From positions 1 to 57,917 of IMG/VR virus record IMGVR_UViG_3300043409_000324: 57,917 nucleotides of DNA; one strand, given 5' to 3'. The DNA is from a virus. Lineage: Duplodnaviria > Caudoviricetes. Under the pieces are notes generated by a model. The model was not told the origin of the DNA. It did no database searches and worked only from the letters and a program-made list of their open reading frames with translations. This document shows, piece by piece, positions 1 to 8,795 of this stretch; positions within the stretch are counted from its first letter, which is position 1; the number at the start of each line of letters is the position of its first letter. The position numbers and the translations under genes are program-made.

Positions 1-329
1 ACTGACCAGACTAGACTTGATGTGGGTACTTGTTAAAAGCTGTTGCTAAAAGGGTGGGCTAACAACAGCCATAGATGAACACATCCCTTATGGGCTTTCT
101 AGGTGTATGTTCTAGATATTAGTGGTAGGTGGTATGTATTTCACTATGTGATATGTACCGTTCCCTACAGGTAATGGTAGTAGTTTCTTCACAGGACTTC
201 TACCGTTACCTTCATAGACACTATAGACATACATTGGGATAGGTTGTTATGAGTAGCAATAAATGCTACCATACCACCTTAGCTAGGCTATGTTTGTTTA
301 TTACACAAACTGTGTTAGCATAAAGTATT

Positions 330-611
330 ATGAACTATTACACCCGACAAGAGCTAGATGACAGAGGTTTAACAAACACATACCCCTACAGTGTGGCTAC
401 ACAGGCTTCACTAGCGTTACACAGAGGCTATGTAGATAAGATGCACCTATTCCACAGTGATGTTTATTATGTTAGAGCAGCACTGGAGAAAAACACAGGA
501 TATGTATTTCCCTTAGACAGAGTTGAAGATGCTATGAGAGCTGAGGGATGGAAAGAACACAGACACCTTCCAAGGAAGAAACAAGATGGCAACAAAGAAA
601 AGTACAGTTAA
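330..611 (+). CDS. hypothetical phage protein
   Basis: First ORF of the + arm, 93 aa, overlaps the next gene; no motif recognised. Confidence 0.6.
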   Translation: MNYYTRQELDDRGLTNTYPYSVATQASLALHRGYVDKMHLFHSDVYYVRAALEKNTGYVFPLDRVEDAMRAEGWKEHRHLPRKKQDGNKEKYS

Positions 612-765
612 TGCTGCGAACAATTACACCAAGCCTACAATGCGTAAGGCGTTGGTAGCTAGGGTGAAGGCTGGTTCTGCTGGTGGAGATCCGGGAGAGT
701 GGTCTGCTAGGAAAGCACAGCTTGTAGCAAAGAAGTATAAAGCTGCTGGTGGTGGTTACAAATGA
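586..765 (+). CDS. small basic protein (DUF5872-like, N-terminal half)
   Basis: Not in ORF track. 59 aa MATKKSTVN...YTKPTMRK...GEWSARKAQLVAKKYKAAGGGYK; ATGA overlap with next gene. Family name recalled from memory. Confidence 0.75.
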   Translation: MATKKSTVNAANNYTKPTMRKALVARVKAGSAGGDPGEWSARKAQLVAKKYKAAGGGYK

Positions 766-995
766 AGCCTTCACAGAAGTCTTTAAAAGATTGGACAGAC
801 CAGAAGTGGACAACTAAGTCTGGTAAGCCTTCTGCTAAAACAGGAGAGCGTTATCTTCCTGAAGCTGCCATTAAGTCTTTAAGCTCTGCTGAGTATGCAG
901 CCACCACTAAGGCTAAGCGTGAAGGCACAAAGGCTGGTAAGCAGTTTGTTAAACAGCCTAAAGACATTGCTAAGAAAGTGAGCAAGTTCAGATGA
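762..995 (+). CDS. small basic protein (QKSLKDW...TKSGKPS...ERYLP family)
   Basis: 77 aa, Lys-rich, ATGA coupling on both sides. Confidence 0.75.
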   Translation: MKPSQKSLKDWTDQKWTTKSGKPSAKTGERYLPEAAIKSLSSAEYAATTKAKREGTKAGKQFVKQPKDIAKKVSKFR

Positions 996-1261
996 TTAAA
1001 AAAGGCAGTGAAGAGTTTAGCGGGTATAACAAGCCTAAGGCTACGCCTAAGCATGCTACAAAGAGTCATGCTGTGTTAGCTAAAGAGGGTGACACAGTGA
1101 AGCTCATTAGGTTTGGACAGCAGGGTGTTAGTGGTGCTGGCTCTAGTCCAGACACTCCTAAGGACAAGGCTAGGCAGAAGAGCTTTAAAGCTCGTCATGC
1201 TGAGAACATTAACAAAGGTAAGATGTCTGCTGCATATTGGGCAGACAAAGTAAAGTGGTAA
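992..1261 (+). CDS. conserved small basic phage protein
   Basis: 89 aa with IRFGQQG, RQKSFKARH and SAAYWADKVKW motifs; coupled to upstream gene. Confidence 0.75.
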   Translation: MIKKGSEEFSGYNKPKATPKHATKSHAVLAKEGDTVKLIRFGQQGVSGAGSSPDTPKDKARQKSFKARHAENINKGKMSAAYWADKVKW

Positions 1262-1276
1262 CTACAAGGAGAAACT

Positions 1277-1597
1277 ATGGCTACCGATGCAGAGAAAGTA
1301 AAGATGTACCGAGAGAAGGCTAAGGACACTACCATTCCTCAAGAGGTGCGTAACACCTACTTGGACAGAGCCAATGAGCTAGAGCGTAAAGCCTTTGAAG
1401 CCACTAAGGTTCCTGAGAAGAAGCTTGCTAAAGGTGGTGTTGCTTCTAAGAAGCCTATGCTTGCTATTATGATTGGTATTGGTAAGCCATCAAAAGCTCC
1501 TGCTAAAGGTAGTCCTGCTAAATATATGGAGTTTTCTAACAAAGGAAAACCAAAAGGCATGACCCCTGTTAAAGCAGCCCCTAAAAAGAAGAAGTAA
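1277..1597 (+). CDS. basic protein carrying an LAKGG motif
   Basis: AAGGAG RBS, 106 aa, Lys-rich C-terminus. Confidence 0.75.
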   Translation: MATDAEKVKMYREKAKDTTIPQEVRNTYLDRANELERKAFEATKVPEKKLAKGGVASKKPMLAIMIGIGKPSKAPAKGSPAKYMEFSNKGKPKGMTPVKAAPKKKK

Positions 1598-1613
1598 ATA
1601 GAAAGATTGTCTA

Positions 1614-2288
1614 ATGTATTTGACAAGTAACATCCCATATTTTAAATGTTGGGTTAGAAAAGAGTTTACGAATGGACATCAAAACTATCATGGGGAATAC
1701 ATACATGCATTAGCAGTGGCTGTTACCACCATGCCTGATAGGTGTCTTAGCTTTCAAGTTATCTTCACTGGATGTGAAGCGGATGATGGTAGTCAACCTA
1801 ATGTACATGGTGGTGCTATGTGGGCGAGGATGCCCATTACAGCTTTAGTTGGAGACATCCCTTTGGAAGTGTGGCCTGAGCGTATGAAGACTCACTTAGC
1901 ACAGCCTTGGGATTGTAGTAGTTACAACCACAGTATTATTCGTATTGATAGAGCACAGCCTTCTCCTTGGCTATGCAAGATTAATAATGAGTTTCACACA
2001 GGGCGGTATTTATTTACAGTTGATTATGCCGAGAGTGAGGTGTCAGAAGATCCTTCACAGCATAAACAAAGTCATGTGTTGATGTTGACGGACGCAGGGG
2101 AATGGACAGGTAATATAGTGGCTCTACCTAACAATAGAGTTAGAGTTACCAGTCCAGCGTATTGGAACACTGGAGAAGGAGCACCCGACTTCCGTCCCAG
2201 TCAGTGGGCGCATTGTGCGGAACAAGATGATTCGTACATGGATGCTAATGTTACTTTTAATAACCTATACATGGAGAGTGTGAAATGA
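1614..2288 (+). CDS. conserved hypothetical phage protein
   Basis: 224 aa globular, aromatic- and His-rich (HGEYIHA, HKQSH, PNNRVR); function unknown. Confidence 0.8.
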   Translation: MYLTSNIPYFKCWVRKEFTNGHQNYHGEYIHALAVAVTTMPDRCLSFQVIFTGCEADDGSQPNVHGGAMWARMPITALVGDIPLEVWPERMKTHLAQPWDCSSYNHSIIRIDRAQPSPWLCKINNEFHTGRYLFTVDYAESEVSEDPSQHKQSHVLMLTDAGEWTGNIVALPNNRVRVTSPAYWNTGEGAPDFRPSQWAHCAEQDDSYMDANVTFNNLYMESVK

Positions 2289-2491
2289 TGAAAGCAAAGA
2301 TGATGGCTACTGGTGGTATGACTAAAAAGGGATATGCTGCTGGAGGTATGGCTAAGAAGGGCTATGCTGCTGGTGGTATGCCTATGGTTGAAAAGGGTGG
2401 AATGAAAGTACCAGCTTTTGCTGCTGACGGAAAAGGCAAGATGGCTAAGGGTGGTGCTGTTAAAGCACCAATGAAAGCTAAGAAGAAATAA
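2285..2491 (+). CDS. small basic protein built from repeated xAxGG motifs
   Basis: 68 aa: MATGG, YAAGG x2, VEKGG, MAKGG; GGAG RBS upstream. Confidence 0.75.
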   Translation: MMKAKMMATGGMTKKGYAAGGMAKKGYAAGGMPMVEKGGMKVPAFAADGKGKMAKGGAVKAPMKAKKK

Positions 2492-2649
2492 TGGCTACTA
2501 AAAAGCAAACAGCTAAAGTGGCTAAGGTGATGGGGGAGTTTAAGGACGAAGGCTTGCACAGTGGTAAAGGTGGCAAGGTTGTTACCAACCCCAAGCAAGC
2601 CATTGCCATTGCCTTGTCTGAAGCTAAAGTGAAGCCTAAGAAGAAATGA
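2491..2649 (+). CDS. small basic protein (DUF6496-like)
   Basis: Not in ORF track. 52 aa MATKKQTAKVAKVMGEFKDEGLHSGKGGKVVTNPKQAIAIALSEAKVKPKKK; TAATG and ATGA overlaps with neighbours. Family name recalled from memory. Confidence 0.75.
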   Translation: MATKKQTAKVAKVMGEFKDEGLHSGKGGKVVTNPKQAIAIALSEAKVKPKKK

Positions 2650-2993
2650 ACAAAGAACCTAAGGTTAGAAGTTTAGGAAAAGTGTTAACAGCGGGAGCTG
2701 CTAACACTATCTACACTTGTCCTGATAATTTTATTTCAAAAGTTGTCTTGTTGTTTGTTTCCAATCATGGGGGCAACAACAAGACGATGACTGTCAAATG
2801 GACTGATGTTAGTGCTGGTGAAAGCTACTTTATTATTGGTGGATTTGTGTTGTCTGCAAATGGCTTTTTAAAACTTGATACAAGCTACCTTGTTCTTAAT
2901 CCCGGAGACACTGTTAGTATAACTCCAGAGGCTGGTGCAACCACCGATTCCACCATCACTGTAGAAGAACATTATGAACAAGGACTATTTTAA
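2646..2993 (+). CDS. beta-rich putative virion protein
   Basis: 115 aa; pattern resembles 15842..16237. Confidence 0.7.
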   Translation: MNKEPKVRSLGKVLTAGAANTIYTCPDNFISKVVLLFVSNHGGNNKTMTVKWTDVSAGESYFIIGGFVLSANGFLKLDTSYLVLNPGDTVSITPEAGATTDSTITVEEHYEQGLF

Positions 2994-2995
2994 TC

Positions 2996-3364
2996 ATGGC
3001 TAAAAGAGAATTAAGCGAACAACAGAAGAGGTTCATTGAGGTGTTATTTGCTGAGGCTGGGGGCAATCCTCACAAGGCAAGGCAGCTTGCTGGCTATAGC
3101 GAAGGCTACAATACCAAAGTCCTTATGGAAGTTCTTAAGGAAGAAGTGATTGAGGCTACACAGCTTTACATCGCCATGAACGCCCCTAGAGCAGCTATGG
3201 CTGTTGTTAGTGGCATTGCTGACCCTACAGAGCTGGGCTTGAAAGAGAAGCTCAATGCTGCTAAGGATTTGTTAGACAGGGCTGGTTTGGTGAAGACAGA
3301 GAAAGTTCAGGTGACAGCACCTAACGGCATCATGATTTTGCCAGCCAAAGACAGCGGTGAGTGA
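2996..3364 (+). CDS. putative terminase small subunit (HTH)
   Basis: N-terminal LSEQQKRFIEVL...ARQLAGYS HTH pattern and AAKDLLDRAG motif; upstream of TerL. Confidence 0.6.
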   Translation: MAKRELSEQQKRFIEVLFAEAGGNPHKARQLAGYSEGYNTKVLMEVLKEEVIEATQLYIAMNAPRAAMAVVSGIADPTELGLKEKLNAAKDLLDRAGLVKTEKVQVTAPNGIMILPAKDSGE

Positions 3365-3839
3365 TAGAGATTTAGGGGCTTGGATATTACCCCAGCCCAA
3401 AGCAAAGGAAACATATGTTGCCATTCCAAAAATTAGAAAAACTATACCATTTGGTTATAGACAAGATGAAGAAGATGCTAACCTCTTGCAGCCAATTCCT
3501 ACAGAGCTTGAAGCGTTAGAACTAGCTAAGAAACATTTAAAACAGTATAGCTCTAGGCAGGTAGCAGCTTGGCTTACCACCACTACAGGTAGAACTATAA
3601 GCCATGTGGGATTGTTAAAGAGAATAAAGACTGAAAGATCGCATGGACGAAAATCCGCTACTTACCGCAACCTTGCCACAAGGCTCCAAAAAGCCCTTGA
3701 GCAAGCGGAAAGGTACGAAGAGAAATCTAAGAGGCTCGGCAGGGAAGACCAAACAGGATACTTCGAGTCAGAACAGTACATCAAGCTCACCGAATATATC
3801 GATAGTAAGCTCGCCAGAGACTCCTCTAGCGACACCTGA
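3357..3839 (+). CDS. hypothetical DNA-binding protein (IPFGY + HTH-like)
   Basis: IPFGY...SSRQVAAWLT...ISHVGL resembles the DNA-binding domain of serine recombinases. Confidence 0.6.
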   Translation: MSDRDLGAWILPQPKAKETYVAIPKIRKTIPFGYRQDEEDANLLQPIPTELEALELAKKHLKQYSSRQVAAWLTTTTGRTISHVGLLKRIKTERSHGRKSATYRNLATRLQKALEQAERYEEKSKRLGREDQTGYFESEQYIKLTEYIDSKLARDSSSDT

Positions 3840-5238
3840 TGATAGGGAAGTATTGTTTAAGCCCAATGCTGGGCCTCAAACATTCTTCTTAGCTTCCTCA
3901 GAAAGAGAAGTGTTATATGGTGGTGCTGCTGGTGGTGGTAAAAGCTACGCTATGTTGGCAGATCCATTGAGGTATATGGTACATCCACAGTTTTCTGGGC
4001 TGCTTCTTCGTCATACAACAGAGGAACTTCGAGAACTTATTTGGAAGAGTCAAGAGCTTTATCCAAAGATTTACCCCGGCATCAAGTGGAGTGAGCGCAA
4101 GATGCAATGGGAAGCTCCGTCAGGGGCTAGACTGTGGATGTCCTACCTTGATAGAGATGAAGACGTATTGAGATATCAGGGTTTGGCGTTTAGCTGGATT
4201 GGTTTTGATGAGTTGACGCAGTGGCATACACCATTTCCGTGGAACTATATGCGTTCTAGGCTGCGTACAGCAGCGTCAGACCTACCAATCTTCATGAGAG
4301 CTACAACAAATCCGGGTGGTCCGGGCCATGCTTGGGTGAAGAAGATGTTTATTGACCCTTCTCAGCCCGGTAAAGCGTTTGATGCGACAGATATTGAGAG
4401 CAGTACTACCCTAGTGTATCCCAAAGGACACAGCAAAGAGGGGCAACCACTGTTTAAGCGTAGGTTTATCCCTGCTATGTTGACGGATAACCCCTATTTG
4501 ATGCAGACAGGTGACTATGAGACTATGTTGTTGTCTCTTCCTGAGCACCAAAGGAAGCAACTACTAGAAGGAAACTGGGATATTGCTGAAGGTGCAGCCT
4601 TCACTGAGTTTAATAGGCAGATACATGTCGTGGAACCGTTCCACATACCAAGTAATTGGACTAAATTTAGGGCTTGCGATTATGGATACGGAAGTTTTAG
4701 TGCTGTGGTGTGGTTTGCTGTGTCTCCAAGTGAGCAATTGGTTGTCTATCGTGAGCTATATGTTAGCAAGGTGCTTGCCAAAGACCTCGCTCACATGGTG
4801 ATGAGGGCTGAAGAGAACGATGGCCCTATGAGATATGGGGTGTTGGACAGTAGTTGCTGGCATAAGAGGGGTGATACTGGTCCATCACTGGCAGAACAGA
4901 TGATTGCAGAGGGCTGTAGGTGGAGGCCATCGGATAGAAGTGCTGGAAGTAGGGTGGCAGGTAAGAATGAGCTGCATCGAAGGCTACAACTTGACCCCTT
5001 TACAGAAAAGCCAAGACTAGTTATAACAAGCAACTGTGTGAACACGATTGCTCAGCTACCTGTACTGCCTTTGGACAAAAGAAACCCAGAGGACATTGAT
5101 ACTAAAGCTGAAGATCACTTATATGATGCTATTCGGTATGGAGTTATGAGCAGACCTAGAAGTAGTTTGTTCGATTACAATCCATTAACCTCTGGCGGTA
5201 GTGGCATGAAGATGGCAGACCCCACATTTGGGTATTAA
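3643..5238 (+). CDS. terL: terminase large subunit
   Basis: Walker A YGGAAGGGKS, Walker B IGFDE, ATTNPGG, nuclease D-Y-G and DHLYDA motifs. Start codon uncertain. Confidence 0.95.
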   Translation: MDENPLLTATLPQGSKKPLSKRKGTKRNLRGSAGKTKQDTSSQNSTSSSPNISIVSSPETPLATPDDREVLFKPNAGPQTFFLASSEREVLYGGAAGGGKSYAMLADPLRYMVHPQFSGLLLRHTTEELRELIWKSQELYPKIYPGIKWSERKMQWEAPSGARLWMSYLDRDEDVLRYQGLAFSWIGFDELTQWHTPFPWNYMRSRLRTAASDLPIFMRATTNPGGPGHAWVKKMFIDPSQPGKAFDATDIESSTTLVYPKGHSKEGQPLFKRRFIPAMLTDNPYLMQTGDYETMLLSLPEHQRKQLLEGNWDIAEGAAFTEFNRQIHVVEPFHIPSNWTKFRACDYGYGSFSAVVWFAVSPSEQLVVYRELYVSKVLAKDLAHMVMRAEENDGPMRYGVLDSSCWHKRGDTGPSLAEQMIAEGCRWRPSDRSAGSRVAGKNELHRRLQLDPFTEKPRLVITSNCVNTIAQLPVLPLDKRNPEDIDTKAEDHLYDAIRYGVMSRPRSSLFDYNPLTSGGSGMKMADPTFGY

Positions 5239-5247
5239 AGGGTATTT

Positions 5248-7344
5248 ATGGCGACAAACAATTTCATGGATGACAAGTCCATTGGTTTAGAAGACAAGAA
5301 AGAGAATGATACTACACCATTTACAGGTGATAGTCTTTTAGTTTTTCTAAACGACAGATATACGAAAGCTGAAGAGAGCCGTAGACAGGACGAACAGCGT
5401 TGGTTGAGGGCTTATAGAAACTATCGTGGTATTTATGGACCTGATGTTAAATTTACAGAGACAGAGAAGAGCCGTGTATTTATTAAAGTGACAAAGACCA
5501 AGGTGCTTGCAGCATATGGTCAAATCACTGATGTATTATTTGCTAATAACAAGTTTCCTCTTAGTGTTGACCCCACTGTACTACCAGATGGTGTGGTTGA
5601 TTCAGTACATATCGATCCTAAAGCACCAGAAGGTGCAGAAGCAGAGACTGCTTCACCATTTGGGTATAAAGGCGATGGCAATCCCCTGCCTCCCGGTGCT
5701 ACATTAACATCTTTGATGGATCGTCTTGGTCCATTGAAGGATCAGCTTAAAGACACTGAGAATCTTAAGGAAGGTCCGGGAGTAACTCCTACTTCCATCA
5801 CCTTCCATCCTGCAATGGTAGCAGCTAAGAAGATGGAGAAGAAGATACATGACCAGTTGGATGAGAGTGGTGCTAATAAGCATCTTCGTTCCACTGCTTT
5901 TGAGATGGCTCTGTTTGGTACAGGCATCATGAAGGGTCCATTTGCTAAGACCAAAGAATATCCTAGTTGGGATGAAGAGGGTACTTACAAGCCTGAGATG
6001 AAGACAGTACCAGAGACATCACATGTCTCTATCTGGAACTTCTATCCTGATCCTGATAGCACTAACATGGAAGAAGCTCAATATATTATTGAGCGTCACA
6101 AGCTTAGTGCTACACAACTTAGGGCTTTAAAGAATCGTCCCTTCTTTAGATCTAATGTCATTGAAGATGTTATTGAGAGTGGTGCTTCTTACACTAAGAA
6201 GTATTGGGAAGATGACTTAAGAGACTATGCTCCCAATTTGGGACTAGATAGATTTGAAGTGTTGGAGTATTGGGGTAATGTTGACATTGACATGCTCAAA
6301 GAGAACGACATTGATATTCCTGATGCTTTGTTGGAAGCAAAGGAGTTGCAAGCCAACGTGTGGTTCTGTAACAATAGAGTGATTCGTTTAGTATTGAATC
6401 CGTTTAAGCCCGCCAACATTCCGTATTACGCTGCTCCTTGCGAACTAAACCCCTACTCTCTATTTGGCATTGGTGTTGCCGAAAACATGGACGACACCCA
6501 GACCCTCATGAATGGTTTTATGCGTATGGCTGTAGATAATGCAGTGTTGTCGGGCAACCTTGTATTCGAGGTGGATGAAACCAATCTTGTTCCCGGACAG
6601 GACATGTCTGTCTATCCCGGTAAAGTGTTTAGGAGACAGGGTGGTGCTCCCGGTCAAAGCTTGTTTGGAACTAAGTTTCCTAACGTGGCTGCTGAGAACT
6701 TGCAACTGTTTGATAAAGCAAGGCAGCTTGCTGATGAATCAACAGGCATGCCTTCCTTTGCACATGGACAGACAGGTGTTAGTGGTGTGGGTAGAACAGC
6801 CTCTGGCATTTCTATGTTGATGAATGCTGCATCAGGTAGTGTTAAAACCATCATCAAGAACGTGGATGATTATTTGTTAGCTCCTTTGGGTAAGGCTTTC
6901 TTTAGCTTCAATATGCAGTTTGATTTTGATCAAAGTATTAAAGGCGACTTGGAAGTTACAGCTAGGGGTACAGAGAGCTTGATGGCTAATGAGGTGAGGA
7001 GCCAACGCTTGATGCAGTTCTTGCAAATTGCAAGCTCTCCTGCACTGATGCCGTTTGCTAAGTTTCCTTACATTATTCGTGAGATAGCTAAGAGCATGGA
7101 TCTTGATCCAGACAAAGTGACTAACAACATGGAAGAGGCTATGCGTCAAGCTTTGCTGATGCAACAAGCTACAGCTCCTGCTCCAGCAGAAGGTGCTCCT
7201 CCTGTTGCTGGTCCAGAAGGTGGCCCTCCTCCAGTATCTGATATGACTGGTGGTGGTGGTGGAAATATTGGTGTTGGTGCTGCACCAGTGCCGGGTGAAC
7301 AAGGATTTGCTGGTAATGTCCAAGCTGTACCTCCCCAAGCTTAA
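5248..7344 (+). CDS. portal protein
   Basis: 698 aa directly after TerL; GTGIMK, NFYPDP, FGIGVAE and RTASGISML motifs typical of podovirus portals. Confidence 0.9.
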   Translation: MATNNFMDDKSIGLEDKKENDTTPFTGDSLLVFLNDRYTKAEESRRQDEQRWLRAYRNYRGIYGPDVKFTETEKSRVFIKVTKTKVLAAYGQITDVLFANNKFPLSVDPTVLPDGVVDSVHIDPKAPEGAEAETASPFGYKGDGNPLPPGATLTSLMDRLGPLKDQLKDTENLKEGPGVTPTSITFHPAMVAAKKMEKKIHDQLDESGANKHLRSTAFEMALFGTGIMKGPFAKTKEYPSWDEEGTYKPEMKTVPETSHVSIWNFYPDPDSTNMEEAQYIIERHKLSATQLRALKNRPFFRSNVIEDVIESGASYTKKYWEDDLRDYAPNLGLDRFEVLEYWGNVDIDMLKENDIDIPDALLEAKELQANVWFCNNRVIRLVLNPFKPANIPYYAAPCELNPYSLFGIGVAENMDDTQTLMNGFMRMAVDNAVLSGNLVFEVDETNLVPGQDMSVYPGKVFRRQGGAPGQSLFGTKFPNVAAENLQLFDKARQLADESTGMPSFAHGQTGVSGVGRTASGISMLMNAASGSVKTIIKNVDDYLLAPLGKAFFSFNMQFDFDQSIKGDLEVTARGTESLMANEVRSQRLMQFLQIASSPALMPFAKFPYIIREIAKSMDLDPDKVTNNMEEAMRQALLMQQATAPAPAEGAPPVAGPEGGPPPVSDMTGGGGGNIGVGAAPVPGEQGFAGNVQAVPPQA

Positions 7345-7528
7345 AGGCTTTGTAAACACTCATGTGACATGGGATGCGTTCCTAGATTTACTTGATGCTG
7401 AAATTGAAAACAAGCAAAGAGATTTGGAACAAGCTTCAGATATGCGTGAGATTGGAAAGGCTCAAGGAGCCATTGCTGCTTTACGCAGATTGAAATATCT
7501 TAAGGATGAAGTTAATGTACTCAAATAA
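7316..7528 (+). CDS. small helical protein following portal
   Basis: Start re-called at MSKLYLPK (70 aa); KAQGAIAALRRL motif. Confidence 0.65.
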   Translation: MSKLYLPKLKGFVNTHVTWDAFLDLLDAEIENKQRDLEQASDMREIGKAQGAIAALRRLKYLKDEVNVLK

Positions 7529-8675
7529 CATGGCTAGGCTGTTTGCTGAAGGCGGCATGAATGATGAAGGTGGCACAGTAGATCCTGTGTCTGGTAATGA
7601 TGTACCTGCTGGTTCTTTACAGAACGAAGTGAGAGATGACATTGATGTAAAAATAAGTGAAGGTGAGTTTGTCATCCCTGCTGATGTTGTTAGATACATT
7701 GGTCTTGAAAAACTAATGAAGATTCGTGATGCAGCTAAAGAAGGTCTTGCTCGTATGAATGAGATTGGTCAGATGGGTAATGCAGAAGAGGTGACTAATC
7801 CAGAAGCGTTGCATGAGGGTGAAGAAGGCTTTGATTCTGAAATTGATGACATCATTCAAGAGGTGGATGGTGAGGCTATGGGAGAGAAGAAGTTTGCTGC
7901 TGGTGGCTTTGCTGAACCCGGTGTAGATCTTTTATCTAAATATAACATTCCTAAAACTTCATTAACAAATCCAGCTTTGGATGTTAGAGCATATAAAAAT
8001 AAAGATGGTAGAGTGATGTACATTACCTTCTTCAATGGTAAGCCCTCTATTGAAATACCTTCTGGATATGACTATGTTAGTTCTGCTGGTCAACTGTTAG
8101 CCGAAACAAAAACAGACACCACTAAAGTTGAGACACCTACAGCTACTGGTGACATTGGTGGTGGAGGTGGTGATGGTGCTACTGATGGAGGTGGTGCTAC
8201 TGTAGGCGGTAGTGGTATAGGAACTGGAACTGGTATAGGTAACTCAGCCATTGGTATTGCCATTGGAGCTGTTGCTAATGCCATTTCAAATGCAATAGGT
8301 CTTTCTAATGCTCCAAATCCTGATATTAGTGTTGTAGATGCTGTTGCTTCTCCTTCTGATGCTGCCGCTGCCGCTGCAGCCGCTGCTGCTGCTGCTGACG
8401 CAGATGATGCTGACTCTGGCCCCGGAGCTAATGCTGCTGCTGCAGCTTCTGCTGCTGCTGATGCAGATGATGCTGACTCTGGACCTGCTGCTAATGCTGC
8501 CGCTGCTGCTGCTCCCGGTGATGCTGCCGCTGCTGGTGATTCAAGTGGTAATACTGGTGGTGGTCCCGGTACTGGAGCAGATGGCGATAGCGCATTTGCC
8601 AGAGGTGGTCTTGTTGCTAAACGCATGAAGAAACCAACACTTGCTCAAAAAAGAGGCATTGCTTCTAAAAGATAA
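7515..8675 (+). CDS. putative virion protein with DDIxxxISEGEFVIPADVV domain, three FAxGG motifs and an Ala/Asp/Gly low-complexity region
   Basis: AAGGA RBS 8 nt before ATG 7515; lies between portal and scaffold. Confidence 0.8.
   Translation: MYSNNMARLFAEGGMNDEGGTVDPVSGNDVPAGSLQNEVRDDIDVKISEGEFVIPADVVRYIGLEKLMKIRDAAKEGLARMNEIGQMGNAEEVTNPEALHEGEEGFDSEIDDIIQEVDGEAMGEKKFAAGGFAEPGVDLLSKYNIPKTSLTNPALDVRAYKNKDGRVMYITFFNGKPSIEIPSGYDYVSSAGQLLAETKTDTTKVETPTATGDIGGGGGDGATDGGGATVGGSGIGTGTGIGNSAIGIAIGAVANAISNAIGLSNAPNPDISVVDAVASPSDAAAAAAAAAAAADADDADSGPGANAAAAASAAADADDADSGPAANAAAAAAPGDAAAAGDSSGNTGGGPGTGADGDSAFARGGLVAKRMKKPTLAQKRGIASKR
8362..8535 (+). repeat. (GCT)n/(GCC) poly-Ala tracts with a duplicated ~60-nt unit (AAAAADADDADSGP x2)
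   Basis: Direct reading of the sequence. Confidence 0.85.
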
Positions 8676-8686
8676 TACTATATAAT
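8659..8686 (+). promoter_or_regulatory. sigma70-like promoter upstream of scaffold gene
   Basis: TTGCTT-N16-TATAAT. Confidence 0.5.
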
Positions 8687-8795
8687 TAGCATACTCAAGC
8701 CAGAGGTGGGCTGGTGAGTGTCAACAATTTCCCACCATATGGCTACCTATCTCCCTGCTATGCAGCTACAGTTAGCCCCAACTTAAAGGTATGTT

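Noticed and set aside
8090-8628. Antisense and alternate-frame ORFs over the Ala/Gly repeats (also poly-His/poly-Val ORFs at 16526-17967 and 21411-21869)
   Set aside because: Shadows of GCT/GGT codon repeats in real genes; no RBS and low complexity.
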